Below are positions 28,905 through 37,815 of a DNA stretch of 61,783 nt, piece by piece. The stretch is from a virus. Its lineage: Duplodnaviria; Caudoviricetes. Every line of letters begins with the position of its first letter. Position 1 is the first letter of the stretch. The stretch spans positions 1-61,783 of the IMG/VR virus record IMGVR_UViG_3300030102_000228. One strand, 5' to 3'. Below the pieces are notes generated by a model. That model was not told the origin of the DNA and ran no database searches. It saw only the letters and a program-made list of their open reading frames with translations. A program made the translations under genes and the position numbers.

Positions 28905-29064
28905 GAAGCCAGTTCCCAGTGCCGCGTTGAGTCCAGGCGGATTCGGTATTGCCCACGCACACAAAGAAGTTAGGGAATTCCCTAACCCACAACGAAGCCA
29001 GTTCTCAGTGCCGCGTGGAGTCCATGCCTGTGGCGATGCCAGTTCTCGATGCCGCGTGTAGCCA
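28905..29064 (+). repeat. Three ~31-bp direct repeats GAWGCCAGTTCYCRRTGCCGCGT
   Basis: Copies at 28905, 28994 and 29035. Confidence 0.85.
28969..28986. repeat. 18-bp palindrome copy 2
   Basis: Exact. Confidence 0.95.
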
Positions 29065-29396
29065 ATGTTCTAAATGTTCCGTTGAATGTTCCAGAATGTT
29101 CTTTTTTATTTCAGCAAAAACGTACATTATGTTTTCGTGGTAAATCGTGACAAGGCGTGTTGGGCAAAGGTTTCCTGTGTTAGGGAATTCCCTAACTCGT
29201 AGGTGTATATATATAATGTTCTTTTTTTAAATTATTACTATCCCAGATTAAATTGACCAGAACAAGTTATGGTATGTACGCTTTTCTGTTCACCTACCTG
29301 TGGCGAGGTATCTACTTCTTAAATCACGGAACATTAGAACATTGTAAGTTTTACAGTGAGTTACTCAGCTACATTTTACGAACAATAGCGAACAAT
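29064..29396. other. Putative replication origin: converging AATGTTC/GAACATT iterons around AT-rich DNA
   Basis: AATGTTC at 29064, 29073, 29085, 29095, 29215; GAACATT at 29329, 29337; GAACAAT at 29380, 29390. Confidence 0.45.
29179..29196. repeat. 18-bp palindrome copy 3
   Basis: Exact. Confidence 0.95.
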
Positions 29397-29433
29397 ACAC
29401 AGCTTGGCACTATATACCACCATTTGTTATTAT

Positions 29434-29462
29434 TTGACATTTAATCACACTTGTAGTATAAT
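29434..29462 (+). promoter_or_regulatory. Consensus sigma70 promoter
   Basis: TTGACA (29434-39), 17 bp spacer, TATAAT (29457-62). Confidence 0.9.
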
Positions 29463-29468
29463 ATAAAG

Positions 29469-29516
29469 ATAGTGAGAGATTGGCTCGTTTTTTCCTTTCA
29501 TGGCCTCTCTCACTAT
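29469..29516 (+). ncRNA. Leader hairpin with anti-Shine-Dalgarno loop (candidate antisense RNA)
   Basis: 11-bp stem ATAGTGAGAGA/TCTCTCACTAT; loop TTTTTCCTTTCATG complementary to 27896-27909. Confidence 0.6.
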
Positions 29517-29549
29517 ACACCACAACACGTTGTCAAGAGGAGACATACA

Positions 29550-30485
29550 ATGACATCGCAAACAAACACACTGGTTACAACACCAACCAATGTTAGGGAA
29601 TTCCCTAACTCCACCGAAACTGCACCGACACTATCTTCTAGTGCCATGCTTGTTGAGTTATCCGTCTCATGTTGGACAGGACGCAAGAAAGACAAGCGTG
29701 CGTCACAAGACGTTACTGCAAGCAACGGTGCGGATGATGGCGTTGCTAATGTTCACAAGAAGCTACTTGCTGATTGCGAAGAATTGGTAGCGATACAAAA
29801 GTTTGTCGGTAACGTGCGTAACATACATTACGCATCTACACTGGCATGGTCAGACACTGGACTGCGCCTGTTACCAACAACAGCGTACTTTAAGTATCAC
29901 CAACAGATGACCGAATTGCAGACAGAGTTCTTCCGTTTGGAAAACATCTTTTCCTCTGGATACGATTGGGTTGTTACTCAAGCACAGGCCAAGCTAGGTA
30001 GCTTATGGGTTGCTGACGACTATCCAACTGTTGAAAGCATACGCAAGAAGTTTGGTTTCCGTCTGTCGTACATACCGTTGCCCGAAGCTGGTGACTTCCG
30101 TATTGATGTCGGTAATGAGGCCATGACACAAATCAAGTCTGAGTATCAGGCATTTTACGAGCGCACTTTCAACACAGCTATGAAGGACGTATGGCAACGT
30201 GTTTATGACGCATTGTCTCGTATGTCTGAGCGATTGGATTATTCTGACACTGAGAAGAAGCGTGTGTTTCGTGATACGCTAGTCAGCAACGCAACCGACT
30301 TGATTGACCTATTGGATATTTGCAACGTGTCACAAGACACACAAATGTCTGCACTGAAACTACAGTTAGAGGAGACACTATCTGGTGTCACACCTGATGG
30401 CTTGCGTGATGACGAGTACCTACGCAAGCAGACCAAAGCCAACGTGGACAGCATCATCGCAAACCTTCCCTCGTTGGATATATAA
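29550..30485 (+). CDS. DUF3150-like protein
   Basis: Start MTSQTN with AAGAGGAG RBS; LSVSCWTGRKKD...KKLL...YPTVESIRKKFGF pattern; upstream of AAA/vWA pair. Confidence 0.55.
   Translation: MTSQTNTLVTTPTNVREFPNSTETAPTLSSSAMLVELSVSCWTGRKKDKRASQDVTASNGADDGVANVHKKLLADCEELVAIQKFVGNVRNIHYASTLAWSDTGLRLLPTTAYFKYHQQMTELQTEFFRLENIFSSGYDWVVTQAQAKLGSLWVADDYPTVESIRKKFGFRLSYIPLPEAGDFRIDVGNEAMTQIKSEYQAFYERTFNTAMKDVWQRVYDALSRMSERLDYSDTEKKRVFRDTLVSNATDLIDLLDICNVSQDTQMSALKLQLEETLSGVTPDGLRDDEYLRKQTKANVDSIIANLPSLDI
29592..29609. repeat. 18-bp palindrome copy 4 (inside CDS)
   Basis: Exact; read as VREFPN. Confidence 0.95.
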
Positions 30486-30503
30486 GTTAGGGAATTCCCT
30501 AAC
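30486..30503. repeat. 18-bp palindrome copy 5
   Basis: Exact; immediately after TAA. Confidence 0.95.
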
Positions 30504-30530
30504 ATCAACCTTTGTCAAATGGAGAACAAA

Positions 30531-31625
30531 ATGACAAATCAAGCAATCCAAATGTATGCACTTAACCTTGACCAAATCACACAGGCTATCAAGGCCAACG
30601 GTCACAAACGCACAATGCTTGTGCAAGGCCACATGGGTACAGGTAAGTCATCAATCCTTAACGTGTTATCACAAGAGTTACCTAATCATATACCGTGTTA
30701 CTTTGATTGTACCACCAAAGATTTGGGTGACGTTATGATACCGAAGATGAGCGAAGCCGAAGGCAAAGACTATGTGGCTTTTGCGCTCAACGAAGAACTT
30801 GGTGTACATCATGGCAAGCCAGTCATCCTCATGATTGATGAGTATGGCAAGGCAAACCCTGCGGTCAAGAACGCACTGTTACGTCTTATGTTGGAGCGCA
30901 AGACAGGCGGTCACACACTACATCCAGACAGCATCGTGTTTGCTACAACAAATTTGGGTGCAGAGGGTGTCGGTGACTTGTTACCACCTCATGCTCGTAA
31001 TCGTATCGCTGTCGTTACTTCACGCAAGCCAAGCAATACCGAATGGATTGAATGGGGTATCAACAACGAGATTGACCACAGCTTGCTCGGTTGGTGTAAA
31101 GACAACCCACAACTGTTTGCATCTTTTGATGAGGTCAAAGACCCTGACGAAAACCCGTACATCTTTCATCCAAAGACACAACGTGCGGCATTCGTTACAC
31201 CTCGCTCATTGGAAGCTGCATCTGATTGGTTGAAACAACGTGCCTCTTATGATGACCAGACACTTACGGCTGTTCTCATGGGTACGATTGGTGAGCGTGG
31301 CGCAATGGACTTGATGGCGTTTGTCAAGATGTCTGACCAACTACCAACTTTGGAAAGCATCAAGACTGACCCGAAAAATGCCAAAGTGCCTGACAGTGCC
31401 GCCGCAGTTTGTATGGTTGTGTATCGCACACTAGCAAGTTTGGACAAGGATTGGGTCAATCAATGGATGGACTATCTTGTTCGTCTCGACAAAGAGGCAC
31501 AGGGTATGTTTGCCAATGGCGTACGCAATCCGAAGTATTCCAAGCAGTCACTTGTTATGACCAACAAGAAGTTTACTGAATGGGCTATGCAGAACAACTA
31601 TATGTTTGCGGCAGACAAAGCATAG
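30531..31625 (+). CDS. MoxR-like AAA+ ATPase
   Basis: Walker A GHMGTGKS; Walker B ILMIDE; sensor ATTN; TPRS. Confidence 0.85.
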   Translation: MTNQAIQMYALNLDQITQAIKANGHKRTMLVQGHMGTGKSSILNVLSQELPNHIPCYFDCTTKDLGDVMIPKMSEAEGKDYVAFALNEELGVHHGKPVILMIDEYGKANPAVKNALLRLMLERKTGGHTLHPDSIVFATTNLGAEGVGDLLPPHARNRIAVVTSRKPSNTEWIEWGINNEIDHSLLGWCKDNPQLFASFDEVKDPDENPYIFHPKTQRAAFVTPRSLEAASDWLKQRASYDDQTLTAVLMGTIGERGAMDLMAFVKMSDQLPTLESIKTDPKNAKVPDSAAAVCMVVYRTLASLDKDWVNQWMDYLVRLDKEAQGMFANGVRNPKYSKQSLVMTNKKFTEWAMQNNYMFAADKA

Positions 31626-31642
31626 TTAGGGAATTCCCTAAC
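31625..31642. repeat. 18-bp palindrome copy 6
   Basis: Exact; overlaps the stop codon. Confidence 0.95.
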
Positions 31643-31661
31643 TCAATCAATGGAGAATGAT

Positions 31662-32858
31662 ATGTTAGCAATAGGAAAAAATCTTACCACGGAACAACGG
31701 CTGTCAAAGGCCGTTGTCGATATCATGGCAAATCCAAAGTACATCGCACTCGCTGGTGTCCTCATGATTGGCAACCGTAGTATTGACAACACCAAAGCAC
31801 CGACAGCTTGCACCAACGGCAGAGACGAATGGTACAATTCCGAATTCGTTGACAAACTGTCTGACCCTCAACTGCGGTTTCTTGTCCTGCACGAAGTGTA
31901 CCACAAATTGTACAAGCACTTGATTACGTGGCAACATCTTTACAAGGACAACCCGAAGAAGGCCAACATCGCGTGTGACTATGTAATCAACATCAAGATT
32001 ACTGATGACAACAAAGATGGTTGGGCTGTCATGCCTGACGGTGGTTTCATCAACGAGAAGTATCGTGGCTGGGATAGTGCGGCAGTTTACGCTGACCTCG
32101 ATGACAACTGCGGTGGCGATGACAACGATGGTGATGACAGTGGCAATGGTCATGGTGGTTTCGATGAACACGATTGGGATGGCGCACAAGAACTGTCTGA
32201 CGCAGAAAAGCGTGACCTTTCTCGAGACTTGGATGAAGCAATCCGACAAGGTGCGCTCGTTGCTGGCAAGACTGGTTCTGGTGGTGACAGAGAACTTGCC
32301 GAGTTACTGCAACCACAAGTCAACTGGCGTGAGGTGTTACGTGAATTCGTGACAACAACTTGTCAGGGAAGCGACTATAGTACCTGGGCCAGGCCTAATC
32401 GTAGATACATAGCAACAGGTTATTATATGCCAAGCGGTATCAGTGAGAAGGTAGATGAACTTGTCATCGCTGGTGATATGTCTGGGTCAATCGGACAGCA
32501 CGAAATATCTGTCATACTCACTGAGGCCAAGTCAATATGTGACACTGTGAAACCTGACAAGGTACGCATCTTGTATTGGGATACCAAAGTCTGTGCTGAT
32601 GAAGTCTACGAACAGCACGAACTGGATGATATGGTAAACTCCACCAAACCTGCTGGCGGTGGCGGTACAACTGTGTCTTGTGTTCCTGAATACATGACAG
32701 ACAAGAACATCACACCACAAGCTGTTATCGTGATTACTGACGGTTATCTTGGTAGCGACTGGGGTAGCTGGTCTTGTCCTGTCCTGTGGGTAATCATCGA
32801 CAACAACACGATTGCACCGTCTGGTGTGACGCTTCATGTCAAAACCACTGACCTGTAA
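31662..32858 (+). CDS. DUF2201-type metallopeptidase + vWA-like protein
   Basis: PTACTNG; HEVYH (HExxH); NIACDYVIN; MIDAS DMSGS; GGGGT; ITDG. Confidence 0.85.
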   Translation: MLAIGKNLTTEQRLSKAVVDIMANPKYIALAGVLMIGNRSIDNTKAPTACTNGRDEWYNSEFVDKLSDPQLRFLVLHEVYHKLYKHLITWQHLYKDNPKKANIACDYVINIKITDDNKDGWAVMPDGGFINEKYRGWDSAAVYADLDDNCGGDDNDGDDSGNGHGGFDEHDWDGAQELSDAEKRDLSRDLDEAIRQGALVAGKTGSGGDRELAELLQPQVNWREVLREFVTTTCQGSDYSTWARPNRRYIATGYYMPSGISEKVDELVIAGDMSGSIGQHEISVILTEAKSICDTVKPDKVRILYWDTKVCADEVYEQHELDDMVNSTKPAGGGGTTVSCVPEYMTDKNITPQAVIVITDGYLGSDWGSWSCPVLWVIIDNNTIAPSGVTLHVKTTDL

Positions 32859-32862
32859 CAAA

Positions 32863-32880
32863 GTTAGGGAATTCCCTAAC
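32863..32880. repeat. 18-bp palindrome copy 7
   Basis: Exact; intergenic. Confidence 0.95.
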
Positions 32881-32899
32881 TTCACCTATGGAGGACGTA

Positions 32900-33406
32900 A
32901 TGGGCTATCGCTCAGAAGTATTCATCGCTGTCGCACTGCCAACCATTCCTGTTTTGTCGGAACTGGTTTCTGTGTATGCCATCGACCCTCGAGTTCAAAA
33001 ATGTCAGACCGTTGAGGACTGGTTGTTGAAAGAACAGGAATATCCAAACGGAAGTCGGTACGGTGGGCCATTTTACACCATGACTTATCACCACGAACAT
33101 ACCAAATGGTATGACGCATACGATGACGTTGGGGCTTTCATGCACCTCGGCAAACTATGTTCAACCTTTGCAGAAGAACGTGGTGATATGTTCTCATACG
33201 CATACAGATTTTGTCGCATCGGAGAGGAGCATGGCGACATAGAAGTAGACTCGCATGAGTCAGAAGATGGTCTGGGTCAAGCCATGTCTGATGAACTAAA
33301 TGACCTAGTGTATCCTGTGCAGATGTTGGAGATTGTCAACAGAGGTACAGATTGTCGACTAAACATAACCCCAAGTGGGTCTTTGCAAATCCAAAGAGGA
33401 GAATAA
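32900..33406 (+). CDS. Hypothetical protein
   Basis: MGYRSEV...KWY...FCRIGEE; GGAGG RBS. Confidence 0.75.
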   Translation: MGYRSEVFIAVALPTIPVLSELVSVYAIDPRVQKCQTVEDWLLKEQEYPNGSRYGGPFYTMTYHHEHTKWYDAYDDVGAFMHLGKLCSTFAEERGDMFSYAYRFCRIGEEHGDIEVDSHESEDGLGQAMSDELNDLVYPVQMLEIVNRGTDCRLNITPSGSLQIQRGE

Positions 33407-33408
33407 AA

Positions 33409-34458
33409 ATGGCATTATATTATTTCAACCACATCAAATTTTCTGAGGTGGAAAGACTTTATGACAGCACCAAGCCTGTCGTATCCAAGAACCACAGTAA
33501 GGCTGATGACGTTAGACCCATCGGGGACAGGAGACGTAAGTGGGAACGTGTAAAGAAGATATCACCTGACTGCTATCTGTTTCTTGATGGTTGTTACGGT
33601 GATGATGTATTCGGAGTGAGCGTGTGGAATCCTGACTACAAGGGAGCAACCCAAGAAGAAGTGGTTGCCTTTGCACCTATCAAGTGGGAGCGCAAATCAT
33701 GTGGTAACGAGTTTGTATCAATACGCAACGGTATTGGAGACTACGCACACACTGGACGCTATCAATTCATAAGTCGCAACCTACCAACAGGTTTGAGATT
33801 TATTGTACGGAATGGCAAGCAATTCGTATGTAACGACAGCAACTCGTATTATCTGCCCAAAGGCAAAGACATACCGAAGTCTTTGTATGAATACCGAAAG
33901 TCGCAAGGATATCGAAATGCTGAGAATGTGGAAACGTACACTCACGACCCACGAAACGCAGAGCTAGTATTCATGCGTGTAAACAACTCATGGCGTCTTG
34001 CACAAGACGAACACGCTCTGCCGAAACCACCTCGTACCTTGGTCAACAAACAACTCAAGGACAAATACAAGAAGGACATCGAGAAGTTTCGTGAGTACGT
34101 GTTTTCTATTGCACCTATGTTTGACACATCATCGGGGCAGGTTGGTTGGCACAACTACAACTGGGAGCAGAACAGGCAGATGAACACGGACTACCGTGAA
34201 GCGTGTGTAGAGGAGTTTCCAGATGTTGTCACACCAAACACGGGCAATATGCAACTAGACACCATTCCTGCAGAACTTGCAATACGTGTGATAAAGGACT
34301 ATAATAGTAAGATAAGATATTATCTTGCCTACCAGTTTGCGATACATTCTGATATTAGAAGTATCCAGACACAAGAAGATAGTAACAGAGTGAAGTCACA
34401 ATTCAATCGCTGGATAAACAAAATGTGTGGCTTTACCTACGTTGAAGACCGTAGTTAG
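33409..34458 (+). CDS. Hypothetical protein
   Basis: Start MALYYF with AAAGAGGAG RBS. Confidence 0.8.
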   Translation: MALYYFNHIKFSEVERLYDSTKPVVSKNHSKADDVRPIGDRRRKWERVKKISPDCYLFLDGCYGDDVFGVSVWNPDYKGATQEEVVAFAPIKWERKSCGNEFVSIRNGIGDYAHTGRYQFISRNLPTGLRFIVRNGKQFVCNDSNSYYLPKGKDIPKSLYEYRKSQGYRNAENVETYTHDPRNAELVFMRVNNSWRLAQDEHALPKPPRTLVNKQLKDKYKKDIEKFREYVFSIAPMFDTSSGQVGWHNYNWEQNRQMNTDYREACVEEFPDVVTPNTGNMQLDTIPAELAIRVIKDYNSKIRYYLAYQFAIHSDIRSIQTQEDSNRVKSQFNRWINKMCGFTYVEDRS

Positions 34459-34471
34459 GGAATTCCCTAAC
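34454..34471. repeat. 18-bp palindrome copy 8
   Basis: Exact; supplies the TAG stop of the upstream gene. Confidence 0.95.
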
Positions 34472-34492
34472 TACTACAAAGAGGAGACTAAA

Positions 34493-35356
34493 ATGGCTAA
34501 TTACGAACCAATCCCTGTGAGCAGTGCAAAGAAAATGCACAGCAACACACCCGACAGTGTATTACCAGACGAACTTGTTGTGCTGTGTGACAGACTGCAA
34601 CGCGCGATGCGTGGCATAAAGTTTGCGAACAAAAGCAAAAACAAAATCTGGTGTTACTTACCTAATCATCCGTTGACCATTGGTTACATTACATACGGTC
34701 AGCTACAGGATGACACAACCAATCGCTTGTGGGGTATTGTCTCGCATACCATAGACAATGGTAAGTATTCCGAATACAGAGTGGAGCGCAGAACTAAAAT
34801 GACTAGCAAGCTGGAGACAGCAGTGAAGCTGGCTAAGAAGTTTATGCGTCCTCACACTCTGCTTGAACTCAACAAGTACGCAAAGTCTGATATGACTTAC
34901 GAACTGTCGAAGTTGGCAAGCGATGCTAGAGACACCGCCACTACCGCTATACGCACTATCGGTGAGGATACTTTGTGGGCAGAGTTAAAGCGTCTATACC
35001 AGACTGACCATGAGTTTCATGACCCAACACTGCGTGACAAGTTAACACAAATGTACGAAGCTGAAGCACGAGCATCTCAGATAAAAGAAAAGTACAAGAC
35101 AGGTAACGGACTGCGTATGGCATTTGTCAACATATCGGAGTCTGTGTCGGGTCAACGGTTTGAATGTGCTGAAGTCAAACGCCCCACAAGTAGTTGGGAA
35201 CATGAGTTTGAGGACACCCATGTTTACTATGGCAGTGACTTACCAGAACATCTTACTGGTGCAATCGCTGTTCTAAGTATGCTTGGAGACAAAGAGTTTG
35301 TTGAGGGTGTCGGTTTCAAATGCAGTGACACTATGTACTATGTCGAACTACCTTAG
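34493..35356 (+). CDS. Hypothetical protein
   Basis: Start MANYEP with AAAGAGGAG RBS. Confidence 0.8.
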   Translation: MANYEPIPVSSAKKMHSNTPDSVLPDELVVLCDRLQRAMRGIKFANKSKNKIWCYLPNHPLTIGYITYGQLQDDTTNRLWGIVSHTIDNGKYSEYRVERRTKMTSKLETAVKLAKKFMRPHTLLELNKYAKSDMTYELSKLASDARDTATTAIRTIGEDTLWAELKRLYQTDHEFHDPTLRDKLTQMYEAEARASQIKEKYKTGNGLRMAFVNISESVSGQRFECAEVKRPTSSWEHEFEDTHVYYGSDLPEHLTGAIAVLSMLGDKEFVEGVGFKCSDTMYYVELP

Positions 35357-35630
35357 TATATCGGATGACAACATATATCGTGTATCAATAGACCCTGACA
35401 CCAAACTAGTCGAAATGGTATCTCTTGGTATGTTTAATGTTGACCCACAGCTGGAAGGGTTCTATGATGATGTAGATGACCTTCCAGTATGGGCGCAGGA
35501 AAAGTTGTCAGTGCTTATGTTATGCGATGCAGTGCCACCAACGCAAGAGATTGATGGTGTGGGTAAGCGAATAAGCACTCACGTTTACTGGCTGTACAAA
35601 TTGGAGATGGAAAATGAGAATGATGGATAG
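35340..35630 (+). CDS. Hypothetical protein
   Basis: DDLPVWAQEKLSVLML...IDGVG resembles the C-terminus of the preceding gene (SDLPEHLTGAIAVLSML...VEGVG). Confidence 0.7.
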   Translation: MSNYLSISDDNIYRVSIDPDTKLVEMVSLGMFNVDPQLEGFYDDVDDLPVWAQEKLSVLMLCDAVPPTQEIDGVGKRISTHVYWLYKLEMENENDG

Positions 35631-35805
35631 AGTAAAAAACAGAGCAAGAGTTACAAGCGTTATTCTGGGTGGGGCATTAGTTTATTTTCTAATTGCCATG
35701 ACAGCCCTGTTTTGGTTTGACTGGCTCTGGATGTTGGGTGTCGAAGAAAGTCAACGCTACACATGGTGGGGCGTGATTTATGGATTATCCAACGGTGGTT
35801 GGTAG
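35614..35805 (+). CDS. Small membrane protein
   Basis: Long hydrophobic, Trp-rich segment. Confidence 0.65.
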   Translation: MRMMDRVKNRARVTSVILGGALVYFLIAMTALFWFDWLWMLGVEESQRYTWWGVIYGLSNGGW

Positions 35806-35822
35806 TTAGGGAATTCCCTAAC
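35805..35822. repeat. 18-bp palindrome copy 9
   Basis: Exact; overlaps the stop codon. Confidence 0.95.
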
Positions 35823-35831
35823 TTTTGAATA

Positions 35832-35951
35832 GAGGTCAGGTTTTTGTGTTTCCTTTCCCCTGACCTCGAAGTGGCGGTTAGAGTGTAGTGTGTGCCGCCA
35901 CAAAAAGTGGGTGACAGCTTTGCCAAGTGGTGTTGTTGGGGCTGTCACCCA
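35832..35951 (+). ncRNA. Array of three large-loop hairpins (candidate sRNA)
   Basis: Stems 35832-40/35859-67, 35871-77/35895-901, 35908-18/35941-51. Confidence 0.55.
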
Positions 35952-36211
35952 TGATACCAGTTTTTACAAATGTAAGGTTTGAGGAAGTGATAGACACAAA
36001 AAAGATTGCTAATTTTTTCTGGGCGCATAGGCATAGGGATTTCTACCCCTTAGACGCACATAACGAAATCGATCCAGATTTTGATGAGTACCATGTATGT
36101 AAAGATGTTTTCATAGAAGAACCATATCGCTGTAAATCAACGGTTCTTTCAGAGAAGGTAGTGCGTGGCTTCAAGAAAGCGGAGAACGGAGAGGACGATG
36201 AGAGTAAATAA
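35951..36211 (+). CDS. Hypothetical protein
   Basis: ORF; start uncertain. Confidence 0.55.
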   Translation: MIPVFTNVRFEEVIDTKKIANFFWAHRHRDFYPLDAHNEIDPDFDEYHVCKDVFIEEPYRCKSTVLSEKVVRGFKKAENGEDDESK

Positions 36212-36608
36212 TCATCAGGGCTTGTGGGAAAAAGGTAACAAGAAATGCCTTTGCTGTAACAAAACTATTGCTGAGTTAAAAGAAGACTACAAAAAATTTA
36301 ATGACTTCAGAAAGGCCGCAGAACTCACCGCACAAACAAGAGCGATGCTTCTTAACGGCTTCTATGATTACATCAGTATTGAAACACATGGTAATCACTT
36401 TTGGTATACTTGGATGGGCAATACCTGTAGGTCTTGTAGCGGTGCGCCTCAGACGGTAGGGGAGATGTTTCTGGCGGTATATTCTGAAGGCGATTGGCTA
36501 TGCGACAAATGTTATGCTCGTAATCCACAAGACACGAAAGGCCGCTGGAAGTTTGCGCCATTGCCTGATGACGAAGAAATTGACGAAGACTACTTGACAA
36601 TGCCATAA
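36198..36608 (+). CDS. Cys-rich hypothetical protein
   Basis: CLCC, CRSC, CDKC; GAGAGG RBS. Confidence 0.65.
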   Translation: MRVNNHQGLWEKGNKKCLCCNKTIAELKEDYKKFNDFRKAAELTAQTRAMLLNGFYDYISIETHGNHFWYTWMGNTCRSCSGAPQTVGEMFLAVYSEGDWLCDKCYARNPQDTKGRWKFAPLPDDEEIDEDYLTMP

Positions 36609-36644
36609 ACTATCGTCAACTATCTAATGGTGAGGTAGGGTTCT

Positions 36645-37055
36645 ATGACACCAGAAGCAAAAGTAAAAAAGAAAGTAGTGGGTATTCTGAAGCGTTTAGG
36701 TGCGTACTACTTTTATCCTGTAACAGGTGGCTATGGCAGAAGCGGTGTGCCTGATGTTGTTGGATGTTATGAAGGTAAATTTTTTGGAATAGAATGTAAG
36801 GCAGGTACAAACACACCAACTGCATTACAAGAAAAGAACTTACGAGATATAGAACACAATATGGGTATTGCTCTTGTCATAAACGAAGATAACATTGATG
36901 AGGTTGAAATAGAGCTAACCCAAAGCGCTGCAGCACGTAGCAAACGTAACACACAGAAAGACGTTATACCTGATATCGACAACATGACTGACGAAGAATT
37001 AGAAGATTGGATATTTTCTGGTTCTGCTAATCCAGAAGATTTTGATGATAAATAA
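36645..37055 (+). CDS. VRR-NUC domain nuclease (Holliday junction resolvase-like)
   Basis: TPEAKVK...GVPDVV...FFGIECKAG...TALQ. Confidence 0.85.
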   Translation: MTPEAKVKKKVVGILKRLGAYYFYPVTGGYGRSGVPDVVGCYEGKFFGIECKAGTNTPTALQEKNLRDIEHNMGIALVINEDNIDEVEIELTQSAAARSKRNTQKDVIPDIDNMTDEELEDWIFSGSANPEDFDDK

Positions 37056-37218
37056 AGTCACTATAAAAGAAAAAGGTTTCTTTCAAAAAGCATACGAGAA
37101 TGGGGTATGCCCCAAGTGTAGTTGTAAAGTTGATTACACAAAAGAACCAATAGTCTGTTCAGTATGTAGCTTACAGATTTCTTATGGAGTGAAGGATGAC
37201 AGAACGAGAGAAACTTAA
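37045..37218 (+). CDS. 57-aa zinc-ribbon protein, not in ORF track
   Basis: CPKC...CSVC. Confidence 0.55.
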   Translation: MINKVTIKEKGFFQKAYENGVCPKCSCKVDYTKEPIVCSVCSLQISYGVKDDRTRET

Positions 37219-37354
37219 AGAGTGGCTAAAAACGTCACCCTTTATGTGGACTATCATTGACAGCGTTAGTGACAACAACGCTATAGTCGTTGAATTTGAG
37301 GTAGTCCAAAATAACCGAGACGGACAACAGGAGTTGCCTCTCGAAACAACCTAG
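37196..37354 (+). CDS. 52-aa hypothetical protein, not in ORF track
   Basis: MTEREKLKEWLKTSPF...QQELPL; GGAG RBS. Confidence 0.55.
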   Translation: MTEREKLKEWLKTSPFMWTIIDSVSDNNAIVVEFEVVQNNRDGQQELPLETT

Positions 37355-37371
37355 CCAAAATGGAGAATAAC

Positions 37372-37815
37372 ATGGCAAGAAAAAAGATGACTAAACAAGA
37401 GAAGGTTTGGAAGTATTTAATAAAAAATCCACTGGCCTCTACAAAAGACATAGCAGAGAAAGTGGGGTGTACACCTAAATATGTTTACTCACTCAGGAGT
37501 AAGACAGGTACGCCTAAAGAAATACTTGCGAAAGATATTAAACCACTAATGCCGCCACGCACAAAGGTGTTGACACAAGCAGACAAGCTGGTCAATGGCG
37601 CAAGGGCGGCTGAGTACGGTGACGCAAAGCAGAACTTTGAAGACATAGCAAAGTTATGGTCTGTGTTATTGGAGACAGAAGTGACCGCCCAACAGGTAGC
37701 ACTGTGCATGATTGCAGTAAAATCAGCTAGGCTGATGAAGTCAGCCAGTCACGATAGCTGGGTAGACATTTGCGGTTACGGTGCGCTCGGTGGCGAGTTG
37801 CATGAAAAAGTGTGA
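37372..37815 (+). CDS. HTH + DUF6378-like protein
   Basis: N-terminal HTH (TKDIAEKVGCTPKYV); LVNGARAAEYGD...NFEDIAKLW...DSWVDICGY. Confidence 0.75.
   Translation: MARKKMTKQEKVWKYLIKNPLASTKDIAEKVGCTPKYVYSLRSKTGTPKEILAKDIKPLMPPRTKVLTQADKLVNGARAAEYGDAKQNFEDIAKLWSVLLETEVTAQQVALCMIAVKSARLMKSASHDSWVDICGYGALGGELHEKV

Noticed and set aside
28905-29064. Direct repeats as a mini-CRISPR array
   Set aside because: Repeats are degenerate, spacers are very unequal (about 58 and 10 bp), and there is no cas operon; the PD-(D/E)XK nuclease sits in the replication module
27592-29444. Short ORFs 27592-27798, 28949-29143 and 29253-29444
   Set aside because: No RBS; they overlap repeats, G-tracts and the promoter, so the regions look non-coding
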